Below, one piece after another: positions 28,188-37,444 of a stretch of 64,000 nucleotides of DNA. Source of the stretch: a bacterium (GTDB taxonomy: Bacteria; Zhuqueibacterota; QNDG01; JAGLOF01). A program made the position numbers and the translations under genes. How positions within the stretch are numbered: the first letter of the stretch is position 1; the number at the start of each line of letters is the position of its first letter. The notes under the pieces are model-generated. The model searched no databases and was not told the origin of the DNA. It saw only the letters and a program-made list of their open reading frames with translations. The DNA lies in contig JAFGRY010000051.1 of NCBI GenBank assembly GCA_016934955.1, forward strand, positions 11,211 through 75,210. The letters are read 5' to 3'.

Positions 28188-29191
28188 CCGCCTCCCTGAT
28201 CTCTGCTATCGAGAAGTGAGTCGAGTATTCCCGATTCGACCAGATAGGTGTTATATTGAATCCGCCCCCGTACATTCAGATGGGAGTCATCGACAAACTC
28301 TGTATAATCGTAATACCGCGGCGTGTTGTCGATGACATTAAAATCGAAACTGCCGACGAAGGCATTCCAGCGCCCTTTTGTATAGGTTTCGTAAACAGGC
28401 TCCACCGCTTCATGCAACGGAAGTAGCAGGAATGCTTTCCGGACATGATGTCGCTCGAGAAGATCGATCATTCTTCTGAAATACTGTATTTCCGTTGGAT
28501 CGAGCTCCCGATTTTCCGAGGAGATCTCGGCATCCCAGCGGAAGACCGCCGTCCTGCTGTATATTCTTTCCGGATCTCTCGACCAGATCATAAATCCATG
28601 GTTCTGCCGGTACAGTCTGGAAATTTCCGGCATCGTCTGCATCCCGAAAAACGGAAAGGGTTTATTGAAAACCAGTGTATCTTTGCCAGCGCATGTCAAG
28701 GCCATGCGGTAAAGCGTCTTGCGGTTTCTTTCAAGATTTCTGATAAAATACTCACCCATATAGCCGGTTTCAACCAGATCGAGAAAGCGAAAATGCCGTA
28801 CTGTGGGCAGGCCGAAATGGCCGAAAAGGGTTGGCGGGAAAAATTGTATGCTCGGAACAAAAGAGAGAACGACGATTCCCGGCTTCAGATGATTCTCAAG
28901 ATAATATTTTAAAAGATAATATCCTTCGAGGAACGAAAGACCGCCGCCGCTTATATTCGAATAGGTGAAATGACGATGCTGCTGCAGAATACCCATATCG
29001 ATGCCGCTGATAAGCCGTGAGTCCCCGAGAAATACAATATCATCCGGTGTATGCTTTTCCATTCTCACCTGGTCGAACGCATAATTGAGTGTCAGCCGGA
29101 TAACAGCCTGCTCATTCTCCGGATCAAAATAAACCGAGACCAGGGGAACGGCAAGCAGCGTGATGAGCAGTATTTTCACAAATAATTTCAT
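28184..29191 (-). CDS. SGNH/DUF1574-like periplasmic partner of MBOAT (DltD/AlgX-type role)
   Basis: It has an N-terminal signal anchor, a GDS block (VFLGDSRLISG) and a C-terminal D-x-x-H (DDSHL). It lies immediately downstream of the MBOAT gene. Confidence 0.5.
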   Translation of the reverse strand: MKLFVKILLITLLAVPLVSVYFDPENEQAVIRLTLNYAFDQVRMEKHTPDDIVFLGDSRLISGIDMGILQQHRHFTYSNISGGGLSFLEGYYLLKYYLENHLKPGIVVLSFVPSIQFFPPTLFGHFGLPTVRHFRFLDLVETGYMGEYFIRNLERNRKTLYRMALTCAGKDTLVFNKPFPFFGMQTMPEISRLYRQNHGFMIWSRDPERIYSRTAVFRWDAEISSENRELDPTEIQYFRRMIDLLERHHVRKAFLLLPLHEAVEPVYETYTKGRWNAFVGSFDFNVIDNTPRYYDYTEFVDDSHLNVRGRIQYNTYLVESGILDSLLDSRDQGGG

Positions 29192-29195
29192 ACGA

Positions 29196-30638
29196 TTAAA
29201 ATTGAAAATAAATGAATGCCTGTTCGTTCAGCACACCCAAAAAGAGGACAATGAATACCGCTGCATAATACACCGGCCAGCGGATCCACGCCGGTTGTTT
29301 TGCAAGAATCGCCCGTACTGACCCGCCTCGCTGCAGCAACTGAACGGCCTCCATCAGCAGAATCACTGCAACAGCGGTGATGAATCCCGATCGTGTTATT
29401 ACCGGATAAAGGATCACCTGGAATTCATTGAAAATGAACATATTCCTGAGCAGGATCAAGGCATCACTGATTGAGTCAGCCCTGAAGAATATCCATGAGA
29501 AAAACACCAGATGAAATGTGATGAAAATCTGCAGCACCTTATGGAAAAACGATCCTTTTTCAATTCCCATTGCTGCCAGGAACCGGGACCGGATACCGGT
29601 CGTCAATCTGGAAACAACCAGGTACAAACCGTGCAGCGCTCCCCAGAGAACGAACGTCCAGTTTGCGCCGTGCCATAATCCGCTCACCAGAAATACAATG
29701 AGCAGATTACGATTCGTTTTCAGTTTTGATACTCTGTTCCCTCCCAGCGGGATATATAGATAGTCTTTGAACCATGTAGAAAGGGAGATGTGCCATCTGC
29801 TCCAGAACTCACCGATCGATTTGGAAAAGTAGGGCCGGCGAAAATTCTCCATCAGAGAGTACCCCATCACCTGAGCGGTACCGATGGCGATATCTGAATA
29901 TCCGGAAAAATCACAGTAGATCTGAAAGGCAAAAAAATAGGTAGCAATCCAGATTGGCAGACCTGTGTAGTCAGACGGACTCGCATATACATGATTGACA
30001 TAGGCTGCCAGCCGGTCGGCAACGACAACCTTTTTAAAGAACCCCCAGGCCATGAGTTTAAGGCCGTCCGTAACACGCTGATAGTCAAAGTGGTTCTCTT
30101 TATAAAATTGGGGCATGAGATGAACTGAACGCTCGATGGGGCCGGCCACCAGCTGCGGGAAAAAAGAAACATACACAGCGAAGATGCCCATATGCCGTTC
30201 AGGTTCCCGCTGCCCTCTGTACACATCGATGGTATAACTCAGCGTCTGAAACGTGTAGAATGAAATGCCCACCGGAAGCAGGATTTTCAGTGTCGGTGTC
30301 TGCCACGACACATGCAGAATATTGAACAGATCACCGAGAGAAGCAGAAATGAAATTGAAATATTTAAATCCAACCAGAACGGAAAGGTTTGCAATCAGGC
30401 TTATTACCAGGTATACGGTACGCTTATTCCTCTTTTCCCGGCGCCCCATCGCGAGTCCGCAGTAGTAGTCGACCAGCGTTGAGAATATAATGAGAATAAT
30501 GTACTCTATTTTCCAGCACATATAAAAAATATAGCTGGCGATAAGCAGGAGCACCCAGCGGTACCGCTGTGGTATTAAAAAATAAAACAGCACTACTACC
30601 GGAAAAAAAATCAGAAATTGAAATGAATTGAAAAGCAT
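29196..30638 (-). CDS. MBOAT-family membrane O-acyltransferase (AlgI/DltB-like)
   Basis: It begins MLFNSFQFLIFFPVVVLFYF and carries the conserved blocks FWSRWHISLSTWFKDYLYIPLGGNR and GLWHGANW. The start is taken at the ATG at 30638. Confidence 0.85.
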   Translation of the reverse strand: MLFNSFQFLIFFPVVVLFYFLIPQRYRWVLLLIASYIFYMCWKIEYIILIIFSTLVDYYCGLAMGRREKRNKRTVYLVISLIANLSVLVGFKYFNFISASLGDLFNILHVSWQTPTLKILLPVGISFYTFQTLSYTIDVYRGQREPERHMGIFAVYVSFFPQLVAGPIERSVHLMPQFYKENHFDYQRVTDGLKLMAWGFFKKVVVADRLAAYVNHVYASPSDYTGLPIWIATYFFAFQIYCDFSGYSDIAIGTAQVMGYSLMENFRRPYFSKSIGEFWSRWHISLSTWFKDYLYIPLGGNRVSKLKTNRNLLIVFLVSGLWHGANWTFVLWGALHGLYLVVSRLTTGIRSRFLAAMGIEKGSFFHKVLQIFITFHLVFFSWIFFRADSISDALILLRNMFIFNEFQVILYPVITRSGFITAVAVILLMEAVQLLQRGGSVRAILAKQPAWIRWPVYYAAVFIVLFLGVLNEQAFIYFQF

Positions 30639-30687
30639 ATGTCCTTCGCGCACCCGTTTTTATAAGCCCTCTATCGGACCGGGCGTA

Positions 30688-32127
30688 TCAACCTCGGCTC
30701 CGACGTTGTCGCACCCCTTTTACATGGGCCAGCATCTCAGCCACCTTTTCTTTGGGGAGCAATCCTGTATGGTAAAGTATTGTCAGATAGAGCACATTGA
30801 AAACTGCGATAGCGCCGATAAGCGAATACCGGAAAACAGCGATATAAACGACCACAGATACCGCCAGGGCGATGCCGTAAATGCCGGCAATCCGTTTCCA
30901 GTCCACGGCAATGCCGATCGTACGATATATCCTGAAAAAATAAATTAATACGGCCATTTCTGACAAAATCGTCGCGGATGCTGCGCCATACATATTGAAC
31001 GCCGGAATCAGCAGCATATTGAAGATCAGATTGATGACCGCCCCGAGAGTAACTGCAGCCATATATTTTTTTTCCCGGTCGGCTGCGAGTATTCCATGAG
31101 CCAGTAATCCATTGATGACGACAAACATCAGATTGAAAATTACGATCTTGAAAACCGGAATAGCTGGAACGTACATATCCTTATACAGTAAGGGTATACA
31201 CCAGGAGGCGAGAATGAAACCGTGAAAGACGATCAAGCAGGCCACTATGGCAAGATATCTCAGCCCGTCGTTCATCAATGCCGTCATTTCTTCAAGTGAC
31301 GTTTTAAAAAGTGTAGACAGTCGAGGATACAGCGCTTTGTTGAGCATCGAAGTGATAATGATGGCCGCGACCAGCAATCGGTATACTGCCGAGTAGAGCC
31401 CTGCCTGCGAATAATCACTAAGGATGCCGAGCATCAGGCTGTCAAGATAATAATATATCTGCACCATGATAATACCGAATCCCATGGGGAGTGATTTTTT
31501 CAGAATCGAGATCCACTCGGCTCGGTTACACTGAAAACGGATCAACCCGAATTCCCTGAAACTGAACATCCAGTAAAAAAGCTGCTGGATAAACATTCCC
31601 AGAACCCTGGCGACGGGGATCCAAAGCAGCTGTTCCCGGGATTTTACTGCCAGGAATACAACGATAATGAATACCGCTTCGCACAGCAGACGGCCGATGG
31701 CAGGCAAGCCCATGCGCTCGGTGCACTGAAAATACCATTCGATGGAAAGAGCGGTGAGTATAATCATGCCGCTGTAGACCATGACGAGCCGCCGGGTTTC
31801 CTGATCGTCCGGAAATACCTGAAGCAGCAGGGCAAGCAGAACGAACGTTATGGCGGAAAGCAAAAGCCGCAACGGAATGATTTTCCCGAGCAGTGATTCA
31901 ATCCGGTGAATATCACGCGACCCTTCTCTGATACCATAGATATCGAGCCCCGCATTCACCAGCATGAGGAAGTACAGCATGACGGATCGCGCAACCATGA
32001 TCCTTCCATAGGGATCCGGTCCAAGCACGCGGGCCGCGTAGGTCAGGGCAATAAAGAAGAGCAGCCCGCTTACACCCTCGGAAAAGGAGAGGAAGAAAAA
32101 ATTCTTTACATTTGTTTTATTGATCAC
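30688..32127 (-). CDS. wzx: Wzx-type oligosaccharide flippase (second copy)
   Basis: 479 aa with about 14 TM spans in a MOP/polysaccharide-biosynthesis-protein layout. Confidence 0.7.
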   Translation of the reverse strand: MINKTNVKNFFFLSFSEGVSGLLFFIALTYAARVLGPDPYGRIMVARSVMLYFLMLVNAGLDIYGIREGSRDIHRIESLLGKIIPLRLLLSAITFVLLALLLQVFPDDQETRRLVMVYSGMIILTALSIEWYFQCTERMGLPAIGRLLCEAVFIIVVFLAVKSREQLLWIPVARVLGMFIQQLFYWMFSFREFGLIRFQCNRAEWISILKKSLPMGFGIIMVQIYYYLDSLMLGILSDYSQAGLYSAVYRLLVAAIIITSMLNKALYPRLSTLFKTSLEEMTALMNDGLRYLAIVACLIVFHGFILASWCIPLLYKDMYVPAIPVFKIVIFNLMFVVINGLLAHGILAADREKKYMAAVTLGAVINLIFNMLLIPAFNMYGAASATILSEMAVLIYFFRIYRTIGIAVDWKRIAGIYGIALAVSVVVYIAVFRYSLIGAIAVFNVLYLTILYHTGLLPKEKVAEMLAHVKGVRQRRSRG

Positions 32128-32139
32128 TACACTGCATTC

Positions 32140-33948
32140 CTAATTTACAATCCAGCGGATCAGAACCCAATACATTCTGTACAATCCATTCATCATCCGC
32201 ATTGCCGCCCGAACCGCCGTGCTGGAGTCCGCATCACCGAGCAGATCGATGTTCCTGCTTGAAAGTACATGCCTGTCGCGGACACGCCTGATTGCGTTGA
32301 CCGCTCGCCGCTTTCTCAGCACCGCTGGCAGACTTGTAAGGACCTGCCAACTGCCCCTGGCAAACGGGGTGAGCTGCCCCTTGAATAGAAAAAAGAACAG
32401 CATGGCAATCTGATTCAGCAGCATCGCAGGAAGGACAACCACAATGGTTCGCACACGGTAATTCTTGAGCATGAACCACCAGCGGTTCCGGACCTGATAA
32501 TCAATCCAGCGGATGCCCTTTTTTTCCTGCCGATGATAGACGTGCGCTTCCGGAACGATCAGGCACGGATATCCAGCCAGGGACATTCTGAAACTGAAAT
32601 CCCCGTCTTCCCAGCCGAACATAAAATCTTCATCGTAGTATCCAATCTCTTCACTTTTTCGACGATCGACCAGCAGCGTGCCGCCGGGGATTGCCTCCAC
32701 CTGCACCGGTTTCCCCCAGATCATTGTATTCATACTGGCGCCGACAGCGTAATGAATGAACGCTCCGTTATACTGAATGCGGGAATGATCCTCATAGTAA
32801 CGAATCTGGGCCCCGGCAATACCGTTCCCGGGATGAGCCTGCATCACTTCCACCAGCCGGGTGACAGTGTCTTTCTCGAGAACGATGTCACCATCCATCA
32901 GCAGGACCAGTGGTGTGGAAGCCGATTTCAGCGCCAGATTACGGGCTGGATTCGGTCCCCTGTTCGCATCGGTACTGACAACCGTGATATCATGATACCG
33001 CTCACGGATAAAGGCAGCGCTTCCGTCGGGAGAACAGTTGTCAACTAGAATGATTTCGCTGATCATACCGTAATCCTGGGCACGCACCGAATCGATTGTC
33101 TCTTTCAGAACCGCCTTATTGTTATAGGCGATGACCCCCACGGTGACGGCAGGCTGTTCCGGTGCGGCCTCTTCCACGGAGCGCTTATTAATGATGGTCA
33201 CCGGATTCCCCGCGGCAACCGCATAGTCGGGTATCTTTCGGTGCACGGCCGACCCGGCGCCGATAATAGCGTGCCGACCGATACGCACACCGTCAAATAC
33301 AGTGGAATGTGCCCCTATCCATCCACCCGGTCCGACCGTAATACCATGAGAAGTGCGCCCCTGCTGCAACACCGGAAGCGTCGGATCGCTGAAATTATGC
33401 GTTCCACCGACGAGATACACGTAGGCTGCAACAAGTTCATCCTCGCCTATTCTCACTTCACTCGCGGAAAAAATGGTGACATGAGAACTGATATTGACGC
33501 GGTCTTCCAGAATGATGTCACCGTTCTTACAGTTCAGTATCGACTGCCGGCCGATATATACGCCGTCTCCGATGCTAATTCCGTGATTATCCTCACCCTT
33601 GGCATCCAGCACACACCCGTCATCGATCACCACATCACTGCCGATATATATTTTATGGGGATGGCGAATAACGACCCCTTTGCCGAAAGTGACATTTTTC
33701 CCGACACGTCCCAGCAGCCCCCGGTAAAGGCGGCTGCGGAGCAGCAGGCCGAGGGCTCCCGGCATATCCTGAACCAGCAGCATAACCAGCTCATAGGCGG
33801 CCAGCCTGAAGAATCCCGGCCGGCCCAGAATCAATGACCGGTATTTTTCCGATTTTCCGCCGTCGTTGAACAGCTCATGCTGAATTTCGATCGTCTTGTG
33901 CTGCTGCCTGTGCTCTTTCACGTGAGCAATCCTTCCTTCCTGTACCAT
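32140..33948 (-). CDS. Fusion protein: left-handed beta-helix (hexapeptide) acyltransferase + GT2 glycosyltransferase
   Basis: The N-terminal half has hexapeptide repeats (GKNVTFGKGVVI, IGSDVVIDDGCVL, IGDGVYIGRQSIL, VGPGGWIGAHSTVFDGVRIGRHAIIGAGSAV). The C-terminal half is a GT2 (VTVGVIAYNNKAVLKETIDSV, LVDNCSPDGS, LLMDGD) with TM spans at the end. An alternative GTG start at 33921 has a GGAAGGAAGGA upstream and a GTGA overlap. Confidence 0.8.
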   Translation of the reverse strand: MVQEGRIAHVKEHRQQHKTIEIQHELFNDGGKSEKYRSLILGRPGFFRLAAYELVMLLVQDMPGALGLLLRSRLYRGLLGRVGKNVTFGKGVVIRHPHKIYIGSDVVIDDGCVLDAKGEDNHGISIGDGVYIGRQSILNCKNGDIILEDRVNISSHVTIFSASEVRIGEDELVAAYVYLVGGTHNFSDPTLPVLQQGRTSHGITVGPGGWIGAHSTVFDGVRIGRHAIIGAGSAVHRKIPDYAVAAGNPVTIINKRSVEEAAPEQPAVTVGVIAYNNKAVLKETIDSVRAQDYGMISEIILVDNCSPDGSAAFIRERYHDITVVSTDANRGPNPARNLALKSASTPLVLLMDGDIVLEKDTVTRLVEVMQAHPGNGIAGAQIRYYEDHSRIQYNGAFIHYAVGASMNTMIWGKPVQVEAIPGGTLLVDRRKSEEIGYYDEDFMFGWEDGDFSFRMSLAGYPCLIVPEAHVYHRQEKKGIRWIDYQVRNRWWFMLKNYRVRTIVVVLPAMLLNQIAMLFFFLFKGQLTPFARGSWQVLTSLPAVLRKRRAVNAIRRVRDRHVLSSRNIDLLGDADSSTAVRAAMRMMNGLYRMYWVLIRWIVN

Positions 33949-34907
33949 TCGGCTGTTCTGGACAGCCCCTCCCGCAGGCTCACTTTCGGCGCATACCCGA
34001 GCAGGCGCTGCGCCTTGGCGATTGAAAACGCCCTGTCTTTCATGAAAAACTCAACTCGTCGCCGGTATATGGGCGGATTGATCTTGAAAGGGTAGCAGAT
34101 GCCTTCACAGACGGCACCGGCAATCCAGAGCGGCCACACCGGAATATGTACCCGGGAAATCCTGCGGCCCAGCACCTGCCCCACGATCCCGACAAATTCA
34201 TTCAGGGTCGTGTAGCGCTCCCCGGCCAGTGTGATCACCTCACCTTCGATACCCGGCGTCTCGCCCACCAGCCGTATCCCTTCCGCCAGGTCCTCTACAT
34301 AGGTGAGATGGTAAAGCACCTTCCCCGACCCGAACATTCTGAAGGCGCCGGAATTGATATGCCTGAATATTTTCAGAAACCGTGTGTCCCCCGGGCCGTA
34401 AATGCCGACCGGCCTGAACACGACACCGGGCAGCCTGTGCTCCCTGAAGAACGCCAGGGCGAGCCGTTCCCCTTCCAGTTTCGACTCCTGATAGTAATCG
34501 CCCGGATTGTAGGGATGCTCTTCAGTGGCGGGGGGATTTTTTATCTCTCCCTGGACACCGACCGTGCTGCAGTGGACAAACCGCTTGACGCCGGCATCCC
34601 GCGCCGCCTCCAGCAGATTCCGGGTCCCGTCCACATTCACATCCCAGAACATCTTTCGCGGAATATTCTCTTCCCGGTAGACCGCGGCGATATGGTAGAC
34701 GATATCAACACCGGAGACAGCGGCCGCGAGCGTCTCTCTGCGGCACAGATCCCCGTAAACAATTTCGACACCCGTCTTGCGAAGCGATGAATCGTCTGTT
34801 CCGGGCAGAAGCAGCCCCCGTACCCGGTACCCATGCTGTAACAGATTGCGGCAGAGATACCCTCCGGTAAACCCCGCGGCGCCGGTAACCAATGCAGTTT
34901 TTCCCAT
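33918..34907 (-). CDS. NAD-dependent sugar epimerase/dehydratase (extended SDR)
   Basis: It has ALVTGAAGFTGGYLCRNLL and a YQESK catalytic Y-x-x-x-K. Confidence 0.85.
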   Translation of the reverse strand: MGKTALVTGAAGFTGGYLCRNLLQHGYRVRGLLLPGTDDSSLRKTGVEIVYGDLCRRETLAAAVSGVDIVYHIAAVYREENIPRKMFWDVNVDGTRNLLEAARDAGVKRFVHCSTVGVQGEIKNPPATEEHPYNPGDYYQESKLEGERLALAFFREHRLPGVVFRPVGIYGPGDTRFLKIFRHINSGAFRMFGSGKVLYHLTYVEDLAEGIRLVGETPGIEGEVITLAGERYTTLNEFVGIVGQVLGRRISRVHIPVWPLWIAGAVCEGICYPFKINPPIYRRRVEFFMKDRAFSIAKAQRLLGYAPKVSLREGLSRTAEWYRKEGLLT

Positions 34908-34948
34908 ACAATATCCTGTTTTTTGTTACCTGCCGAACACGTCAGCGT

Positions 34949-36619
34949 CTACCATGTCCTGTACACGGAAGCGGCATCCGCCAGTTCCTTGCTCACCTGT
35001 GACTTGCTCCAGTTAAGTTCTCTGGCCGCGATCTTCGCGCATTCGCTGAGCAGATCGTCGCCCGGGTGCCCCGCCGAACCGGCATCGGTGCGTCTGTGCA
35101 CGATATCGGACAGTGTCACCGCCATCTCATTACGCACGGCATGAATGATTTCGGCTTTCAGCAGTTCGGCGCTGCCGCTTACCGTCTTATCCTTTCCGCG
35201 GATCTCCCCCGCGAGATCGAGAATGCCGGGATACTCGGTACCATAGAGCATGACCAGCCGCTGTATCACCCGCTCCGGCAAATCAGCCGGTTTCGTCCGC
35301 AGTGCGCCGTTCAGAAATTCATCGAAGAGAACGATATCGCCGCCTGCAAGGGGCACGCGATGAGAGATCGATTTCGCTAATTTCCGCCCGAGCTTGCTTC
35401 CCGCCAGATCGACGGTTTTTCGGGCGACGTCTCTGGCAGTCGTGTATTTCACCCCGATGACGCTCAGCAGACCTTTGACACCGTATTTTTTCTCATAATC
35501 GGTGAATCCGTAGTGCTTTTTCAGCACCACCTCACCTGTTTTGGGATTGAGACCCTCCATGGGGAGAAATCCCTTGTAATACCCGGTCACTTCTTTCCGC
35601 TGCACCGGCTCCCCCGGATACCCGGCGTTTATCTCCGAGAGAAAGTCCTGCACCTCTGATTCCATGACCTTCATATCATTCGGATGCCCGTTATAGGGGA
35701 GATGGTAGGTGCCGATGATCGTCTTGTCCCGCCAGGGAGTCATAAAGAGCACATGCCTGCCCCGGTAACGGGAGCCGTTCGTCAGCACGTTGGTGAACGG
35801 CGCGTAGATTCCCGCCGCGGTTTCCGGCAGCAGCCGGCGATTTACAATGAGATTCATGGCCGTGGACAGCTGTATCTGGGGCGTGTCCGAACCCGAGAAT
35901 CCATTAATGTCATCGACCCAGGCACCCGCGGTATTGATGACCATATGGCCGCGAATCTCGAACCGGTCCCCGGCGATCCGGTCCTCGGCCCTGACCCCGA
36001 CCACCCTGTCTTCTTTCCGGATGACTCCCGACGCCCGCACATAGTTGGCGGCTCTCGCGCCGCCGGCGACAGCCGATTTGACAAAAGCCAGCACCAGCCG
36101 CTCAGAACTGTACATCTGCGCGTCTGTCCAGCAGGCGCCGCCGTTCACTCCTTTGGGATCGATCCCCGGGACCAGGCGCAGACACTCCTTCGCGGAGACC
36201 ACTTTGCCGGCGGGAATGGTCTTCTCCGGATCTCCCAGACGGTTGCGGTCGGCGCTGAGCACATCATTGACCAGCAGCCCCGCGGTCATCACCAGCGGTC
36301 CTTTCATCATGAATCCGCAGGTCGGCATGACGCAGGGCAGGGGATGAATGAGATGAGGTGCCAGATGCATCATGATCCGCCGTTCCCGCACTGATTCCCG
36401 GAAACGCTTGATGTCCAGCTGCTGCAGGTACCGCAGCCCGCCATGGACGATCTTCAGACTGTTTGCGGAGGTTCCCGACCCGAAATCACCCTGGTCGACA
36501 ATAGCGACGGAGAGTCCCCGCTGCACTGCATCCAGGGCCGTTGCCGCGCCGTAGATACCCGCGCCGACAATGATCAGGTCGAATGTTTCGTTTGTCAATA
36601 GATCCAGATTTCTTTTCAT
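34949..36619 (-). CDS. FAD-dependent glycerol-3-phosphate dehydrogenase/oxidase-like flavoprotein (GlpD/GlpO family)
   Basis: It has FDLIIVGAGIYGAATALDAVQRGLSVAIVDQGDFGSGTSANSLKIVHGGLRYL and a long C-terminal helical domain, as in GlpD. Confidence 0.75.
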   Translation of the reverse strand: MKRNLDLLTNETFDLIIVGAGIYGAATALDAVQRGLSVAIVDQGDFGSGTSANSLKIVHGGLRYLQQLDIKRFRESVRERRIMMHLAPHLIHPLPCVMPTCGFMMKGPLVMTAGLLVNDVLSADRNRLGDPEKTIPAGKVVSAKECLRLVPGIDPKGVNGGACWTDAQMYSSERLVLAFVKSAVAGGARAANYVRASGVIRKEDRVVGVRAEDRIAGDRFEIRGHMVINTAGAWVDDINGFSGSDTPQIQLSTAMNLIVNRRLLPETAAGIYAPFTNVLTNGSRYRGRHVLFMTPWRDKTIIGTYHLPYNGHPNDMKVMESEVQDFLSEINAGYPGEPVQRKEVTGYYKGFLPMEGLNPKTGEVVLKKHYGFTDYEKKYGVKGLLSVIGVKYTTARDVARKTVDLAGSKLGRKLAKSISHRVPLAGGDIVLFDEFLNGALRTKPADLPERVIQRLVMLYGTEYPGILDLAGEIRGKDKTVSGSAELLKAEIIHAVRNEMAVTLSDIVHRRTDAGSAGHPGDDLLSECAKIAARELNWSKSQVSKELADAASVYRTW

Positions 36620-36649
36620 ATGTCGTGGTCTACCCTTCTCTGGTTGTTC

Positions 36650-37444
36650 TTACTTCACCGCGAATGCCATCAGGTGCCAGCCGCTTTTTCTCACCAGCCC
36701 CCGGGGGATGAGATTGAACAGCCCCACAAATACGGTGTTGAAGAGAAACCCTTTCAGCCCGCCGTGTAATCGTGACTTCACCGGGAACCGCTCCGGCACG
36801 ATCGTCACCCTGGAAAATCCTGAAAGCATTTCTTTAAATTCGGCAATAGTATATTTGTCAAGGACCGGCGCGTCCTCATGCTCGAGTCCGACCTTGAAGA
36901 ACCTGGACATGATGTTGAGCCAGCCGTTGCGGTTGTAGACCATTGCGATGAGCTGCCCGCCCTTTTTGAGAACACGCAACGATTCGGCGGCCATTTTTCC
37001 GGCATCAGCCGTATACTGCAGCACACCGTGGACGTAGACCACATCGAACAGCTCATTACGGTATTCCAGCGCTTCCCCGTTCATGACCCTGAATGTCCCC
37101 TTCAGCTTTCTGAGGCTGAAATTTTTCTTTGCCAGATCGATAGCGGTACGGGAAAGGTCTATCCCGGTGTAATCGGCCCCGTTTTCGGCAAACAGCACAG
37201 CATCGATGCCGGCCCCGCAGCCGATTTCCAGGACCTTCATCCCTTTGAACGCGGTAAAGTCGACCACGCGCTGCAGATAGTTCAGCTTGTCAAAGCGATA
37301 CGCGGCCAGATCGTTGAAAAAACCCGCTGTCCCCACCGGATGGGTCACGATTTCAAGATCATGGATGCGCTCGTTCCAGTACTCGCTTATTCTGTCGATC
37401 AGCAGCTGATTTTCATGCATTACCAGACTCCTGCGTTTCCGCAT
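36650..37444 (-). CDS. Class I SAM-dependent methyltransferase
   Basis: It has motif I (VLEIGCGAGIDAVLFAENGADYTGIDLS) and the motif LKKGGQLI. Confidence 0.85.
   Translation of the reverse strand: MRKRRSLVMHENQLLIDRISEYWNERIHDLEIVTHPVGTAGFFNDLAAYRFDKLNYLQRVVDFTAFKGMKVLEIGCGAGIDAVLFAENGADYTGIDLSRTAIDLAKKNFSLRKLKGTFRVMNGEALEYRNELFDVVYVHGVLQYTADAGKMAAESLRVLKKGGQLIAMVYNRNGWLNIMSRFFKVGLEHEDAPVLDKYTIAEFKEMLSGFSRVTIVPERFPVKSRLHGGLKGFLFNTVFVGLFNLIPRGLVRKSGWHLMAFAVK

Noticed and set aside
34949-36619. The GlpD-like gene as a supplier of the glycerol-1-phosphate backbone for the putative ether-lipid module.
   Set aside because: FAD-dependent GlpD-family enzymes oxidise sn-glycerol-3-phosphate to DHAP, whereas G1P formation needs an NAD(P)H-dependent EgsA/AraM-type enzyme. 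That enzyme is not present in the window, and the gene sits 20 kb away in the glycan cluster.
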